A stretch of 64,000 nt of DNA from an uncultured Desulfosarcina sp. (GTDB lineage: Bacteria > Desulfobacterota > Desulfobacteria > Desulfobacterales > Desulfosarcinaceae): contig OY771548.1 in the NCBI GenBank assembly GCA_963674765.1, forward strand, positions 6,094,006 through 6,158,005, written 5' to 3'. The number at the start of each line of letters is the position of its first letter. Positions within the stretch are counted from its first letter, which is position 1. Shown piece after piece: positions 62,870 through 64,000 of this stretch. The notes beneath the pieces are model-generated. The model had not been told where the DNA came from. It worked only from the letters and a program-made list of their open reading frames with translations, and did not search any database. The position numbers and the translations under genes were made by a program.

Positions 62870-62969
62870 GAGGCGCCTCCTCAGGAATCAAGAGTGATGT
62901 GGAATTATTTATTTCCGACAGCCGAAGGAATGACACGAGATGCCCGTTGAGAAGGAAACCCGGTGAAGG

Positions 62970-63167
62970 TCATTTCCAGCGTCCCCCTTTGCCGCCTCCG
63001 CCTCGACCGCGGCCGCCTCCGGTTCCATCCCTTCGACCTTTACCCCCACCTCGTCCTAAACCCCTTCCACCACTTTTTCCTTCGGAAGTATTTTCATTCC
63101 CCGCCTTATCTGGTCCACTGCTTTCGGAGCCGTCGTGATTCGTTTCCTTTTCCGTTTCTTTTTGCAT
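62970..63167 (-). CDS. Small Gly/Arg-rich protein
   Basis: SD AAAGGAG; GRGLGRGGG/RDGTGGGRG repeats. Confidence 0.6.
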   Translation of the reverse strand: MQKETEKETNHDGSESSGPDKAGNENTSEGKSGGRGLGRGGGKGRRDGTGGGRGRGGGGKGGRWK

Positions 63168-63196
63168 GATACTCTCCTTTCTCACGTTTGTTTAAG

Positions 63197-63226
63197 ACAA
63201 TAGCTTTTCCTATCGAACCTTGTCAA
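63197..63226 (-). promoter_or_regulatory. Possible sigma-70 promoter
   Basis: TTGACA-N18-TATTGT; a second TTGACA lies 8 bp upstream. Confidence 0.35.
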
Positions 63227-63337
63227 ACTGTCAAATAAATGGTGGGCACACAAAGGCATATGATCAAAAACCATCAGGCCGGCAAAACGCTCCAATACTA
63301 TATGGCGCCGTGCTGAGCGTGGTGTTCAATAGCCCGT

Positions 63338-64000
63338 TTACTTGCCCGCATTTTTTCCCAAGCCCCTACCACAATCCAGGGTATGTTCGTCCGATGTCCC
63401 CGTGCATAGAATGTCCAGGTTGCGTGCCATAAAGACCAGTTCCCCGGTCGCAATTTGGGTGATTCGGTGTTTTGTCCATTGTGCCAATTTGTGTTGATCG
63501 ACGGTATTGTCCGGCTGCAACTGCCTCCGGATAGTGCGGACGATCGTTTCGAGGAAGAAAGCCTCGCCCCGCGGGTAGCCGCCATCCTGGGGTACAACGA
63601 TCCAGTCGGAATTGCCCACAGCGATCAACGGGAGCTTGGCTGACAAGAGATGCTGGATCAACCGGCGACCGCTTTGCGACGATCCCGAGGATCGGCCTTC
63701 GATCATGCGATGGTCCATGCTGCGATGGTAACGGGACACGAGGTTCGTTTCGAATTCGGGCTCCCATGGCGGCAGAAAACAGGACAAACCATCGTAATTG
63801 AGCGTCAGATAGAGCAGGCCGCCGGGTCTCAGCAGTCGCTGAAAACCATGCAGGGTATCCGGGATGTTCACCAGGTCCATAACGGCATGGGCCATCACCA
63901 CATCCCATCGGTTGAATAGGTTCGGCTCGGCAATGACCGCATAGATATCGGCGCATATCGCTTCCAATTCAAACTTAACACCGGATGGGGCTTGGCCCTG
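63338..64000 (-). CDS. SAM-dependent methyltransferase (5' partial)
   Basis: WDVVMAHAVMDL, LLRPGGLLY; frame is open to the window edge. Confidence 0.8.
   Translation of the reverse strand, partial: QGQAPSGVKFELEAICADIYAVIAEPNLFNRWDVVMAHAVMDLVNIPDTLHGFQRLLRPGGLLYLTLNYDGLSCFLPPWEPEFETNLVSRYHRSMDHRMIEGRSSGSSQSGRRLIQHLLSAKLPLIAVGNSDWIVVPQDGGYPRGEAFFLETIVRTIRRQLQPDNTVDQHKLAQWTKHRITQIATGELVFMARNLDILCTGTSDEHTLDCGRGLGKNAGK

Noticed and set aside
1-64000. CRISPR array, retron/DGR, prophage or defence system
   Set aside because: No repeat-spacer array, reverse transcriptase, integrase, phage structural gene or recognisable defence gene was seen

Overview
A 64-kb accessory region that looks like a Desulfobacterota (Desulfosarcina-like) chromosome; the taxon is inferred from gene content. 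There are no rRNA, tRNA or CRISPR features. It has three layers. (1) A dispersed, partly decayed light/UV/oxidative-stress gene set at about 0.6-11.4 kb and 44-64 kb: CarH-like MerR/B12 regulator, FeS-BCP photolyase in two pieces, YbgA (DUF523/DUF1722), DUF2237, FAD oxidoreductase, DUF2867, a Cys-less LOV-like PAS protein, a fused radical SAM-DUF4130 repair protein, a hidden UxxC selenoprotein and two duplicated uncharacterised protein families. (2) A chemotaxis/two-component block at 11.5-30.3 kb with two MCPs and two chimeric LytS-PAS kinases. It also holds three identical ISNCY copies (two in tandem inside an IS1-family element), an IS200-type element and a palindromic MITE. (3) An intact stress/transport block at 30.5-48.7 kb: degP, ftsH, APC permease, SLC13, P3A H+-ATPase, USP, a NarL-type two-component system and ppc. 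Many short gene relics not in the ORF track are joined end to end. All assignments come from reading motifs by eye; no searches were run.
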